From NCBI GenBank assembly GCA_043779265.1, contig JAYWEM010000064.1, positions 1 to 25,348 on the forward strand: a stretch of 25,348 nucleotides of DNA, in the 5' to 3' direction. Positions within the stretch are counted from its first letter, which is position 1. Every line of letters begins with the position of its first letter. The notes beneath the pieces were generated by a model. That model saw only the letters and a list, made by a program, of their open reading frames with translations. It had not been told where the DNA came from and made no database searches. Positions 15,896 to 25,348 of the stretch are shown here, one piece after another. The DNA is from a bacterium (GTDB lineage: Bacteria > Eisenbacteria > RBG-16-71-46). A program made the position numbers and the translations under genes.

Positions 15896-15911
15896 TGGCA
15901 CGCGCGATGCT
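15896..15911 (+). promoter_or_regulatory. Sigma54 -24/-12 promoter (copy 2)
   Basis: TGGCACG-CGCG-ATGCT differs from copy 1 only in the spacer. Confidence 0.7.
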
Positions 15912-15990
15912 GCGTTCGTGTGCGTTCCCATCCTCCGGAGAAGCACCGGGCCACGAGACCGAAGGCCGCAGTGCGGCGGGGGGGGGACTC

Positions 15991-16911
15991 TTGCGAGTGG
16001 GTGCGATGGTGGTGGTGGGGATGTTGCTGACAAGTGATGCAGAAGCAGGTCGGGCCAGCGTGCCACTGGGGTGCTGTGTCCCCTACATCCATCGCGCACT
16101 CGTTCATGGAGCCGAAGTCACCACTCCGCTCTCCGGACCCCACGAGACCGTCATCGCGTTTTACACCGCGTTCGCGAATCTGGATGCCCAGTCGCTCAGG
16201 CGACACTCGAGTCGTGAACTCAGCGAGCTCGCCTCGGCGCCATGGTTCCGCTTGAAGTGCCCCGATGACCGCATGCGCTTCTCGAACGGGCATCTGTGGC
16301 TCGGGATGCGCGCCAGTGTGGCGGCTCGCTTCGGCGATGTCGACGGGCTGCACATCGTTCACCTCGGGCCGATGCAGGAAGCCAGCGTAGCGTGGGGTAA
16401 GGTGACGCTGCACGCGCTGATGTGGGTCTCTCCACGCAAGCCAAGAGCCCAAGAATGGCCCGGCAGACTCGTGCTGCATCGCTTCGATCTCGAGCGCGCC
16501 GGCGTCGACAACGATGAGTGCGGGACATGGCACATCGTGCGCTGGACCGAGGAACTCGGCGAGCCCGATGCGACTGGCGTCGGCTCAGACCTTGTCTGGC
16601 GCGGGCCAGCCCGCGAAGCCGTGGTGCCCGTGCTCGATGAGGACCTGCCGCTCGAGCTGGCCTTCGCTCGCGCCGCGGCAGAGCCCGGACCGATCCTGAG
16701 CTTCGCGCTCGCGCTGCCGCGTGCGACCGAAGTGACCCTATCGCTGATTGACGTGCAGGGACGCGTGCAGATTCGCAGGCGCTGGACCGAGCTTGGCGGC
16801 GGCCGACACACCTTGAGACTCGCCGAGCATGAGGCTCCGCCCGGCATCTACTGGGCGCGCCTCCATGCAGGCGCCGAACAGCGCGACGTGCGAGTGACCC
16901 TGGTGCGGTGA
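15991..16911 (+). CDS. Secreted protein with an NTF2-like domain and a FlgD-Ig/T9SS-CTD-like domain (paralog 2)
   Basis: Start is TTG 15991 or ATG 16006 by alignment to paralog 1. ETVIAFYTAF..WHIVRWTEE and C-terminal LSLIDVQGR..PGIYWARL..VRVTLVR. Confidence 0.78.
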   Translation: MRVGAMVVVGMLLTSDAEAGRASVPLGCCVPYIHRALVHGAEVTTPLSGPHETVIAFYTAFANLDAQSLRRHSSRELSELASAPWFRLKCPDDRMRFSNGHLWLGMRASVAARFGDVDGLHIVHLGPMQEASVAWGKVTLHALMWVSPRKPRAQEWPGRLVLHRFDLERAGVDNDECGTWHIVRWTEELGEPDATGVGSDLVWRGPAREAVVPVLDEDLPLELAFARAAAEPGPILSFALALPRATEVTLSLIDVQGRVQIRRRWTELGGGRHTLRLAEHEAPPGIYWARLHAGAEQRDVRVTLVR

Positions 16912-16915
16912 AGGA

Positions 16916-16950
16916 CGGCGGGCGGTCGTCGGCAGAACGACCGCCCGCCG
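16916..16950. terminator. Perfect 14-bp hairpin identical to 12002-12036
   Basis: Lies between convergent stop codons (16911 and 16961), so it is plausibly bidirectional. Confidence 0.65.
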
Positions 16951-16960
16951 GGTGGGAGCG

Positions 16961-17674
16961 CTACTTCGCGGAGTCGGCGGAAGCCATCGTCCTCGCGCCG
17001 AGGTCAACACGTATCTCACTGAGGACTCGTACCGTGGTCATGCGTTGCACTCGCGAGAACTCGTAGATCCGTCGATAGCGTGCCCGGCGCTCGCTGCGGG
17101 GGAGCGACAGCTGTCGAACATCGGCGAGCTCGCGCGGAACCGGCACGAGGGGCGTTCCACTCGTCTGTGACGTGTCAGGTCCTCCGACCGCGACGAATAT
17201 CAGTCGCACCCGGCTGGTCTCGGCAACGGGACAGTGGAGGTCCCATCCGAACTGTTCCGGATCGTCCCGGTTCCCGATGTGCCCGGGTTCTCTCACCAGA
17301 AGTGGTCGATCGCCGAGCGGGAACATCGAAGACATCGGTAGCGGTTCAGCCGCCATGATCTTCTCGGCGATCTCCTGCGCGCTCGGAGGCGCGTCCACCC
17401 AGGGGGCGAGGATCAGAAGTGGTGTTCCCGGAGACACTGCTCTCGCAGTGATCCGGAGAAGCGGGCCGCTCGACTTCCAGCCAGAAGGGGTCAGAGACTC
17501 GAGACTCGAGATGGAGATCGTCGGGCGATCGAACCAGACGGTGTCGCCGAGCGAGTTCGAGTACTCGAGTGCTCGCAGGGGTTCAGCTCGAGCAGGGGGC
17601 AGCGAGAAGCCAGAGAGAGACGAGTGCCCCACGACGAGCCATTGCAGAACACGACTCAGCCGGGCGCGAGTCAT
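16961..17674 (-). CDS. Hypothetical protein with a possible signal peptide, 237 aa
   Basis: Fills the gap between acs and the hairpin. Its ATG directly abuts the acs stop (TAGATG). No family recognised. Confidence 0.6.
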   Translation of the reverse strand: MTRARLSRVLQWLVVGHSSLSGFSLPPARAEPLRALEYSNSLGDTVWFDRPTISISSLESLTPSGWKSSGPLLRITARAVSPGTPLLILAPWVDAPPSAQEIAEKIMAAEPLPMSSMFPLGDRPLLVREPGHIGNRDDPEQFGWDLHCPVAETSRVRLIFVAVGGPDTSQTSGTPLVPVPRELADVRQLSLPRSERRARYRRIYEFSRVQRMTTVRVLSEIRVDLGARTMASADSAK

Positions 17675-19630
17675 CTACTTCCCGCCCCGCCCCTGATGCT
17701 GCGCGATCAGCTTGTCCACCACCTCAGGCTCCGCCAGCGTCGAGATGTCACCGAGACCCGTGTACTCGCTGCTCGCGATCTTGCGCAGGATGCGGCGCAT
17801 GATCTTGCCCGAGCGGGTCTTCGGGAGCCCCGGCGCGATGTGGATCACGTCGGGCGTGGCGAATCCGCCGATCGCATGGCGCACCTGCTCCTTGAGAGCG
17901 CCCTCCAACTGGGCGGCGTCGTGCGAGGCGTACTCAGCACTCAGGCTGACGTAGGCGTAGATGCCCTGGCCCTTGATGTCGTGCGGAAAGCCGACCACGG
18001 CCGCCTCGGCAACGGCCTCATGCGCCACCAACGCGCTCTCGACCTCGGCGGTGCCGAGCCGATGGCCCGACACGTTCAACACGTCGTCGATGCGGCCGGT
18101 GATCCAGTAGTAGCCGTCCTCGTCGCGCCGGCAACCGTCCCCGGTGAAGTAGCGGCCCTTGTACTGGCTGAAGTAAGTCTGGCGGAATCGCTCGTGGTCG
18201 CCCCACACGGTGCGCGCTTGGCCCGGCCACGGCGTCTCCAGGCACAGCGCGCCGCTCACGCCGTTGCCCTCGAGCACGCGGCCACTCTCGGGATCGACGA
18301 TCACCGGCTTCACGCCGAAGAAGGGCAGCGTCGCCGAGCCGGGCTTCATGGGCGTCACGCCGGGCAGCGGCGTGATCAGGATGCCGCCGGTCTCGGTCTG
18401 CCACCACGTGTCGACTACGGCGCAGCGGCCGTCTCCCACCACGTCGTGGTACCAGCGCCAGATCTCGGGATTGATCGGCTCTCCCACCGAGCCCAGCACA
18501 CGCAGCGAGTTGCGCTTGTACTTCTTCACATGCTGGTCGCCCGCCTGCGCGATGGCACGCAGCGCGGTGGGGGCGGTGTAGAAGATGTTGATGGTGAGGT
18601 CATCCACCACGCGCCAGTAGCGGCCCGGGTCGGGGTAGACGGGCGTCGACTCGAACAACACGGTGGTGGCGCCGTTGGCGAGCGGGCCGTAGACGATGTA
18701 GCTGTGGCCGGTGATCCAGCCGACGTCGGCGGCGCAGCAGTAGATGTCGCCCGGGTGATAGTCGAACACCAACTTGTGCGTGTACGCGGCGTACACGAGA
18801 TAGCCGCCGGTCGTGTGCAGCACGCCCTTGGGTTTCCCCGTGGAGCCCGAGGTGTAGAGGATGAACAGCGGGTCCTCGGCGCCCAGCCACTCCACAGTGC
18901 AGGTCGAACGCTGGCGGCGCATCTCGTCGTCCAGCCAGTGGTCGCGTCCCGATCGCATGGGCACGGCGGTCTCGTTGCGACGCGCCACGAGCACACTCGT
19001 CACGATCGAGAGTCCCTCGACCGCCTTGTCGGCGATGGCCTTGAGCGGGATCTCCTTGCCGCCGCGCATGCCGACGTTGGCGGTGACCAGCACGCTGCAG
19101 CCGGCATCGAGGATGCGGTCGCGCAGCGACTCGGCCGAGAATCCGCCGAACACCACCGAGTGCACCGCGCCGATGCGGGCGCAGGCGAGCATCGTCGCCA
19201 CGGTCTCGGGGATCATCGGCATGTAGAGGCAGACGCGGTCGCCCTTCTTCACGCCGTGTGCGATCAGCACGTTGGCGATGCGGCAGACGTCGTGCTTCAG
19301 CTCGCGGTAGCTGATGTGGCGGTAGACGCCCGGCTCGTCGGCGGCCCACACGATGGCGGTCTGATCGGCGCGCGTCTCCAGGTGGCGATCGACGCAGTTG
19401 TAGCAGGCGTTCAATCGCCCGCCCGAGTACCACGCGAAGTCGACCGCGTCGTAGTCGGCGTCGAGCACCTGATGCCACGGGTGGAACCAGGTCAGAGCCT
19501 TGGCCTGCTCGCCCCAGAATCCCGTGGGATCATCGAGCGACCTCTTATAGAGGCGCTCGTACTCCTCCATCGAACGCACATGAGCGCTGGCCTGGATGTT
19601 CAGCTTGACCGGGTAGAGCTCCTGGGACAC
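17675..19630 (-). CDS. acs: Acetyl-CoA synthetase (acetate--CoA ligase), 651 aa
   Basis: Motifs [32 protein letters not shown] and [14 protein letters not shown] start with GGAGG RBS. Confidence 0.97.
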   Translation of the reverse strand: MSQELYPVKLNIQASAHVRSMEEYERLYKRSLDDPTGFWGEQAKALTWFHPWHQVLDADYDAVDFAWYSGGRLNACYNCVDRHLETRADQTAIVWAADEPGVYRHISYRELKHDVCRIANVLIAHGVKKGDRVCLYMPMIPETVATMLACARIGAVHSVVFGGFSAESLRDRILDAGCSVLVTANVGMRGGKEIPLKAIADKAVEGLSIVTSVLVARRNETAVPMRSGRDHWLDDEMRRQRSTCTVEWLGAEDPLFILYTSGSTGKPKGVLHTTGGYLVYAAYTHKLVFDYHPGDIYCCAADVGWITGHSYIVYGPLANGATTVLFESTPVYPDPGRYWRVVDDLTINIFYTAPTALRAIAQAGDQHVKKYKRNSLRVLGSVGEPINPEIWRWYHDVVGDGRCAVVDTWWQTETGGILITPLPGVTPMKPGSATLPFFGVKPVIVDPESGRVLEGNGVSGALCLETPWPGQARTVWGDHERFRQTYFSQYKGRYFTGDGCRRDEDGYYWITGRIDDVLNVSGHRLGTAEVESALVAHEAVAEAAVVGFPHDIKGQGIYAYVSLSAEYASHDAAQLEGALKEQVRHAIGGFATPDVIHIAPGLPKTRSGKIMRRILRKIASSEYTGLGDISTLAEPEVVDKLIAQHQGRGGK

Positions 19631-19803
19631 GGGCGCCTCCTCGAGAGATGTCCGGCGCGCGTCATGCCGCGCTTCGCGGGCCGGGGATTGCGATCCGGGC
19701 GAGCGTAGCCCGAGGCAGCGGGTCACGGGAAGGGGTCGATGGTAAGATGCCCGGCTCGCCCTCCGTCCGCTTCCGCGACCGACCTCAGCGTTCCCCGGAG
19801 CCC

Positions 19804-22800
19804 ATGCCGACTCTTCCGATCGACATCGTCTCGCGCCTCACCCAGTCCCATGCGCAGGACCTGCTCGCCGCGCTCTCCACGTTCCCGCAATGGGTTCGCG
19901 AGCGAGGTCTCCAGTACGCCGATGAGGGACGCGTTGGGGCGATTCGTCATGAGGGCGCTTCCGTGCGCGCGCCGGTGCGCGGCGGCCATGTGTACGCGAC
20001 GAGGTGGACGTTCGCCGATGTCGGTGCCCGCTCTGTCTGTTCGTGTCCGGCGGGACCGCATTGCAAGCACGCTTACGCCGTCGGGGCGCTTGTCCTGGCC
20101 GCTCTCGTCCAGGAGTCGCGAATCGACCGGGAGGCCGCGATCGAGGTGCTGCAAGCGGCGTGGTTCGGCGACGCGCCGGTGCGCCGAGGTGGCGGCAAGG
20201 TGTGGAGCCCCAAGGGCCGCGACTCCTCCGACTTGAAGCTCAAGATGGAGTTGCGTCGCCTCGGATCACGCGAGCACTGGGAGGCTGCGAGCGCGGCATC
20301 GTTCCTTCTGTTGGAGAGTGGCGTCTGGAGCGAGGCGGTGCCGCGCGCCGCGATCGACGAGGTCATCGAGGAGCCCGATGCCGAGCTGCGGGCGCTGAGG
20401 CTGGCGAGGCTGATCGCCGACGCCAAGGGCGATCCGCCGCCTGCGCTCGCCGCCTATCTGGAACGGACCGATCTCTTCGCGAGGCTCGCCGAGCGCGAGC
20501 GCACGCAATTGCTCGAGTCCCTGCAGCGATGGCCCGCGAGCGCCGCGACGCCCAAACGCCTGCGGGCCGTGCTCGGCCTGATCGGTGTGGGCTCGCAGGT
20601 CGAGGTCACGCTCGAGGCGCGCCTGACCACCGACCGCATGAACGATGCCTCGCGCAGCACGCATCAGCTGGAGATGCTCGCGAGCGAACTCAAACGCGAT
20701 GCCTCGGTGCTGACGCCGCCGCAGGCGCGCCTGCTGCGCGCACTGCTCGAGGGCGAGATGCGCTACACGCTCGCCGGTTCCGGCGCGGCGCGGCTGCGTG
20801 TGTCCGAACTGGAGCACCTGCTCGATCGCGTGGGCGATACGCCCTTCCTCACGTGGGACGATTCGTTGCCGGGCGATCTCGCCGAGCGCGCCGGCATCGA
20901 GCCGGGCTCGCGTGTGCGCGTGGCGCTCGATGGGGTCAAGTTGGAGCCGGGTTGCACCCCCGATGGCGAGGATCTCGTGCTCGGCCTGCGCGCCGTGCTG
21001 CCCGACGGCACCGCGCGCACGCTCGAGCAGGTGCTGCACCTGCCCGCCACCGCGGGCGAGCAGCCGTGGTCGCATGGCTTCACCATCGCCGATGGGTTGG
21101 TGCATCGCGTCACCGAGGAGCCGCCGCTCGAGGTGATGCGGCACTTCCGCGAGACCGGCTCGGTGCGCGTCGGAGCGGGCGAGGCGGGCGTGCTGCAGTC
21201 GCTCGCCATGCGCTTCACCGCGGTCGCCGACGCGCTGCGCATGCATGCCGTGATGCACCACGTGACGCCGGTCGTGTGCCTCGACCTGCGCACGTCGGAC
21301 TGGCTTCAGGTGCGCGTGTTCGCGCACGAGGGTGCCAGTGAGTGGCGGCCCGGCCTGCCGCTCGGCGCCGAGGAGACGCTGTTCGAGTGGCAGCCCGATG
21401 GCCGTTGGGCGCGCGTGCGCGAGGCACGCGCCGACGCGAGCGCGCTGCTGCCGGAGGGCATCGCACCCGAGCCCGGACTCGCCGAGGAAGAGGGCGAGGA
21501 CGCTGATGGCCTCGAAGGTGAGAAGCCGCAGCCGAGCGCAGAGACGCCGACCGTGCCCTCGATCGAGACGCCGAGCACCACGTGGCTGCACCTGCCCGAG
21601 CCCGGCCGCGTCGCGCCGGTCGAGAGCTGGCTCGCCACGCTGGGGCTGCGCACCTCGCGCAGCGCTGCTCCCGGGCAAGTGGCGCCCGCCGAGGACGACC
21701 GCGATCTGGGGCGTTGGCTCAAGCTGACGCGCCGCAGCATCGAGTCGTGCATGCGCGCATGGGAAGCACGCCCGCGCTCGGTGCGCTTCTATGGCAACCG
21801 CGAGGCGGAGCAGTTGTTCGGCGGTGCGGCGCGCCCCGGTCCGAGTGTGCGCGTCGAGAGTTCGGGACTCGACTGGTTCAAGGTGTCGCTGACGTGGGCC
21901 GAGGAGGCTGCCGCGCTGCGGCCCGAGGATCTCGCCAAGCTGCGCGCCAGCCGAGAGCCCTTCGTGCGACTGCGCTCGGGTTGGGTCAAGCGCGAACAGG
22001 TCGAGCAGGCGGACGCGCTGGCCATGGCGCTCGCCGATCTGGGACTGGAGGGCGTCGGCGGCGATCAGCGCGTCCATCTCGCGACCCTGGCGCAGGCGAG
22101 CGAGGAGAGTCTGGCGACGCTCGCCCGCCTGGGCGGAGCGCTCGAGGCGGTCGATGCGCTACGCGAGCGACTCGCCGCGTTCAAGGGACTCCCCGAGGTG
22201 CCGCCTTCGTCGCAGCTGGCGGCCGAGCTGCGTCCCTATCAGCAGCGTGGGCTCGACTTCCTGAGTTGGACGGGCGACATCGGGCTCGGCGCGATCCTCG
22301 CCGACGACATGGGACTCGGAAAGACGATCCAGGCGTTGGCGTGGCTGCAGAACCTGTGTGAGGCCGACCCCGATGGCGGCCCCTCGCTCGTCGTCTGTCC
22401 CGCATCGGTGGTGCATAACTGGGTGCGCGAGGCGCAGCGATTCACGCCGGACCTGCGTGTGCTGGCGCTGACCGCCGGGGGCGAACGCGCCGCGATGCGT
22501 GACGCCGCTCACGAGCACGATGTGCTCGTCACCACTTACGCGCTGCTTCGCCGCGACCTCGCGTTCTGGCGCGAGCAACCGCTGCGCGTCGCCATCCTGG
22601 ATGAGGCGCAGCACATCAAGAATCCGGCGACCGCGGTGGCCAAGGCCTCGCTCGAGCTGAAGGCGCGGCATCGCCTGGCACTGACCGGTACGCCGATGGA
22701 GAACCGGCTGCTCGATCTGTGGAGCCTCGTGTCGTTCACCAACCCCGGGCTGCTCGGATCGCGTGGCACGTTCCTCACCCGATTCGACGGGCCCGATGTG

Positions 22801-23625
22801 CCGGCGCATGCGAGACGGCTGCTCTCGGCCAAGTTGCGGCCCGTGTTGCTGCGCCGTCTCAAGTCGCAGGTCGCCCAGGAGCTGCCGCCGCGGATCGAGG
22901 AGCGCCTCGACTGCGAGCTCACACCGGGGCAGCGCAAACTCTATCTCGCCGAGCTGACGCGCACGCGCGAGCGCATGAAGTCGGCCACCACCGAGGACCC
23001 GACGCAGCAGGGCAAGCGTTTCGAGATCCTCGCGGCGCTGACGCGTCTGCGTCAGATCTGCTGCCATCCGGCGCTGGCGGGTGGGCGCGCCGACCTGGGC
23101 TCGGGCAAGTTCGAGGCGCTGCACGAGCTGCTCGAGCCGCTGCTCGCCGAGGGCCGCAAGGTGCTGGTGTTCTCGCAGTTCGTCGAGTGCTTGAAGCTGG
23201 TGCAGCACGATCTGCGCGAGCGCGGCGTGCCGTATCACGTGCTCGTCGGCTCGACCACGCGCCGCGAGGACGTGGTGAAGGCGTTCGAGGACGATCCGCG
23301 CGCCTGCGTGTTCCTGATCTCGCTCAAAGCGGGTGGCACCGGTCTCAACCTGACCGCTGCGAGTGACGTCGTGCTCCTCGACCCGTGGTGGAACCCCGCT
23401 GTCGAGGCGCAGGCGATCGACCGGACGCACCGCATCGGCCAGACGCGCACCGTGATCGCCTACCGGCTGATCGCGCGCGGAACCGTGGAGGACCGCATCG
23501 CCGAGCTGCAGGAGCGCAAGCGGGCCCTGATCCGGGACGTGCTCGCCGACGATGCCTTCACGCATGCGTTGACCGCCGAGGACGTGGCCTTCCTGCTCGC
23601 CCCCGACTCGGCGCTCGAGGGCTGA
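19804..23625 (+). CDS. SWIM zinc finger-containing SNF2-family helicase/ATPase, about 1273 aa
   Basis: [45 protein letters not shown] and [11 protein letters not shown]. The start is uncertain. Confidence 0.93.
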   Translation: MPTLPIDIVSRLTQSHAQDLLAALSTFPQWVRERGLQYADEGRVGAIRHEGASVRAPVRGGHVYATRWTFADVGARSVCSCPAGPHCKHAYAVGALVLAALVQESRIDREAAIEVLQAAWFGDAPVRRGGGKVWSPKGRDSSDLKLKMELRRLGSREHWEAASAASFLLLESGVWSEAVPRAAIDEVIEEPDAELRALRLARLIADAKGDPPPALAAYLERTDLFARLAERERTQLLESLQRWPASAATPKRLRAVLGLIGVGSQVEVTLEARLTTDRMNDASRSTHQLEMLASELKRDASVLTPPQARLLRALLEGEMRYTLAGSGAARLRVSELEHLLDRVGDTPFLTWDDSLPGDLAERAGIEPGSRVRVALDGVKLEPGCTPDGEDLVLGLRAVLPDGTARTLEQVLHLPATAGEQPWSHGFTIADGLVHRVTEEPPLEVMRHFRETGSVRVGAGEAGVLQSLAMRFTAVADALRMHAVMHHVTPVVCLDLRTSDWLQVRVFAHEGASEWRPGLPLGAEETLFEWQPDGRWARVREARADASALLPEGIAPEPGLAEEEGEDADGLEGEKPQPSAETPTVPSIETPSTTWLHLPEPGRVAPVESWLATLGLRTSRSAAPGQVAPAEDDRDLGRWLKLTRRSIESCMRAWEARPRSVRFYGNREAEQLFGGAARPGPSVRVESSGLDWFKVSLTWAEEAAALRPEDLAKLRASREPFVRLRSGWVKREQVEQADALAMALADLGLEGVGGDQRVHLATLAQASEESLATLARLGGALEAVDALRERLAAFKGLPEVPPSSQLAAELRPYQQRGLDFLSWTGDIGLGAILADDMGLGKTIQALAWLQNLCEADPDGGPSLVVCPASVVHNWVREAQRFTPDLRVLALTAGGERAAMRDAAHEHDVLVTTYALLRRDLAFWREQPLRVAILDEAQHIKNPATAVAKASLELKARHRLALTGTPMENRLLDLWSLVSFTNPGLLGSRGTFLTRFDGPDVPAHARRLLSAKLRPVLLRRLKSQVAQELPPRIEERLDCELTPGQRKLYLAELTRTRERMKSATTEDPTQQGKRFEILAALTRLRQICCHPALAGGRADLGSGKFEALHELLEPLLAEGRKVLVFSQFVECLKLVQHDLRERGVPYHVLVGSTTRREDVVKAFEDDPRACVFLISLKAGGTGLNLTAASDVVLLDPWWNPAVEAQAIDRTHRIGQTRTVIAYRLIARGTVEDRIAELQERKRALIRDVLADDAFTHALTAEDVAFLLAPDSALEG

Positions 23626-23727
23626 TCGCGGCCGGGGTCCCGCTCTCGTGTGCGAGCGGCAGCTTCCGGTAGTCTGGCGCTCGACCCAGACGACAGTCCG
23701 CCATCCCACATTCGAAACGGAGGCAAA

Positions 23728-24087
23728 GTGAGCTACGTGGACGGATTCCTGGTTCCGGTGCCCAAGAAGAAACTCGCCGCCTATCGCAGCCTGGCGAAGA
23801 AGGCCGGCAAGTTGTGGCTCGAGCACGGTGCGCTGCAGTACTGCGAATGCGTGGGTGACGATCTCGCTCCCAAGGGAGCGGTGCCGTTCACCAAGGGGCT
23901 CAAGCTGAAGCGGGGCGAGACCCTCGTGTTCGCGTGGATCGCCTATCGCAACAAGGCGCATCGCGACAAGGTGAATGCCATCATCATGAAGGATCCGCGC
24001 ATCGCCTCGTTGTGTTCCCCCACGGAGATGCCGTTCGACTTCAAGCGCATGGTGTACGGCGGCTTCAAGTCGATCGTCAGCTACTGA
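23728..24087 (+). CDS. DUF1428 (YbaA-like) protein, 119 aa
   Basis: SYVDGFLVPVP, EHGAL, GETLVFAWI and MPFDFKRMVYGGF. GGAGG RBS before GTG. Confidence 0.92.
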   Translation: MSYVDGFLVPVPKKKLAAYRSLAKKAGKLWLEHGALQYCECVGDDLAPKGAVPFTKGLKLKRGETLVFAWIAYRNKAHRDKVNAIIMKDPRIASLCSPTEMPFDFKRMVYGGFKSIVSY

Positions 24088-24143
24088 ACTCCGCCGCCGG
24101 ATCGCCGGAACAGCGCGCACCACACACTCGAGCCGAGGATGCG

Positions 24144-24539
24144 ATGAACCAAGCCACGGGCACGTTCGAGGTTGCGATGAAGCCGCAGACGCCGCCCGTG
24201 GAGGCGGCGGGCGCGACGCTTGCGCGATTCTCGCTCGACAAGCGATTCGCGGGCGACCTCGAGGCGGTGGGCCGAGGCGAGATGCTGACGGCCAGAACCA
24301 AGGTCGAAGGCTCGGCGGGCTATGTCGCGATCGAGCATGTCACCGGGTCGCTCGCAGGTCGCACCGGCAGCTTCGTGTTCCAGCACTCGAGTACGATGGA
24401 GCGTGGCGCGTCTCGGCAATCGATCACCGTGATCCCGGATTCCGGCACCGATGGGCTGACCGGGCTCTCGGGTCACTTCCGCATCGACATCCGGGACGGG
24501 AAGCACCACTACGAGTTCGAGTACACACTCCCAGCTTGA
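24144..24539 (+). CDS. DUF3224 family protein, 131 aa
   Basis: ATGTFEV, KRFAGDLEA, SAGYVAIE, GRTGSFVFQH and VIPDSGTDGLTGLSG. Confidence 0.88.
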   Translation: MNQATGTFEVAMKPQTPPVEAAGATLARFSLDKRFAGDLEAVGRGEMLTARTKVEGSAGYVAIEHVTGSLAGRTGSFVFQHSSTMERGASRQSITVIPDSGTDGLTGLSGHFRIDIRDGKHHYEFEYTLPA

Positions 24540-24586
24540 ATCGACTGCCGTCGGTCCGGCGCCGTGCGGACGGAGCAGGAGGGACC

Positions 24587-24976
24587 ATGAAGATCGCGAT
24601 GACCAGTGTGTACGTGCACGATCCCAGTGAGGCACATCGCTTCTACACCGAAGTTCTGGGCTTCGTCTCCTTCATGCACATGCCCGAGATGAGGCTTGCG
24701 ATCGTGGTGTCGGTCGAGGATCCGCAGGGCACGGCGCTGCTGCTGGAGCCGAATGAGAACCCGATCGCCAGCGAGTATCAGCGCGGGCTCTATGACGCCG
24801 GACTGCCGACCATCGTGCTCGGTGTCCAGGACCTGAATGCCGAGCATGCGCGCCTGGCCGCCCGCGGCGTGTCGTTCCGGCAGTTGCCGACCCAGACGCC
24901 CTGGGGACATCAGGCGATCTTCGACGACACCTGCGGCAATTGGATCCAGATCCATCAGCCGCTGACGCCCAACTGA
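24587..24976 (+). CDS. VOC/glyoxalase family protein, 129 aa
   Basis: SVYVHD..A.RFYTEVLGF, LLLEP and AIFDDTCGNWIQI. RBS AGGAGG. Confidence 0.92.
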   Translation: MKIAMTSVYVHDPSEAHRFYTEVLGFVSFMHMPEMRLAIVVSVEDPQGTALLLEPNENPIASEYQRGLYDAGLPTIVLGVQDLNAEHARLAARGVSFRQLPTQTPWGHQAIFDDTCGNWIQIHQPLTPN

Positions 24977-25062
24977 GCGAGTCTCGGAGAGCCGGCCTCG
25001 CGAATCGATGGCCAGCCGCCGCAGCGTTTCGCCACGGATGGGCTGAGCGGTAGGCTGTCGCC

Positions 25063-25348
25063 ATGGTCGGGACGATGGTGGCGCACTATCAGATCCTCTC
25101 GGAGTTGGGCGCCGGCGGCATGGGCGTGGTCTACCTCGCCCGCGACACCAAACTCGACCGCGATGTCGCGATCAAGGCCCTCCCCGCGCACCTCGCCCAC
25201 GACCCCGACCGCCTCGCCCGCTTCCAGCGCGAGGCCAAACTCCTCGCCTCCCTCAACCATCCCGGCATCGCCGCCATCCACGGCCTTGAAGTTGTGGACA
25301 ACCAGCACTACCTCGTGCTGGAGTATGTCGAGGGTGAGTCGCTGGCTA
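25063..25348 (+). CDS. Hanks-type Ser/Thr protein kinase, N-terminal part (runs off the window)
   Basis: HYQILSELGAGGMGVVYLARDTKLDRDVAIK..RFQREAKLLASLNHPGI..LVLEYVEG. TAGGCT lies 6 nt upstream of the ATG. Confidence 0.95.
   Translation, partial: MVGTMVAHYQILSELGAGGMGVVYLARDTKLDRDVAIKALPAHLAHDPDRLARFQREAKLLASLNHPGIAAIHGLEVVDNQHYLVLEYVEGESLA

Larger units (their letters stand above)
15558..16950 (+). repeat. Copy 2 of the duplicated module
   Basis: Direct repeat of 10201-12036. Similarity stops at the last base of the hairpin. Confidence 0.95.

Noticed and set aside
11100..16560. Paralog pair as a diversity-generating retroelement TR/VR
   Set aside because: Differences are not adenine-specific and include indels, and there is no reverse transcriptase in the window.
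1..25348. CRISPR arrays, tRNA or rRNA genes, integron attC arrays
   Set aside because: I saw no regularly spaced repeats, RNA gene signatures or integrase.

Overview
High-GC (about 70% by eye) bacterial chromosomal window. Several secreted proteins carry FlgD-Ig/T9SS-CTD-like C-terminal domains, which suggests an FCB-related lineage such as Ca. Eisenbacteria (inference). Left part, minus strand: GNAT, ArnT-like glycosyltransferase, ada-alkA, ogt, photolyase and an HDAC-family deacetylase. Divergent from these are an M1 peptidase and a conserved lipoprotein. Right part: acs, a SWIM/SNF2 helicase, DUF1428, DUF3224, a VOC protein and the start of a Ser/Thr kinase. The centre (about 10.2-17.0 kb) is a rearranged island holding two copies of one module. 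Each copy has the lipoprotein 3' end, an about 95% identical leader with a palindrome and a sigma54-type promoter, a secreted protein with a variable NTF2-like domain and a conserved CTD, and an identical 14-bp hairpin. Between the copies lie an IS91/ISCR transposase remnant with an oriIS-like end, an eIF-2B-like pseudogene, an intact PQQ sugar dehydrogenase-like gene with a CTD, and an rtcB pseudogene. All family calls come from reading motifs by eye, not from database searches.
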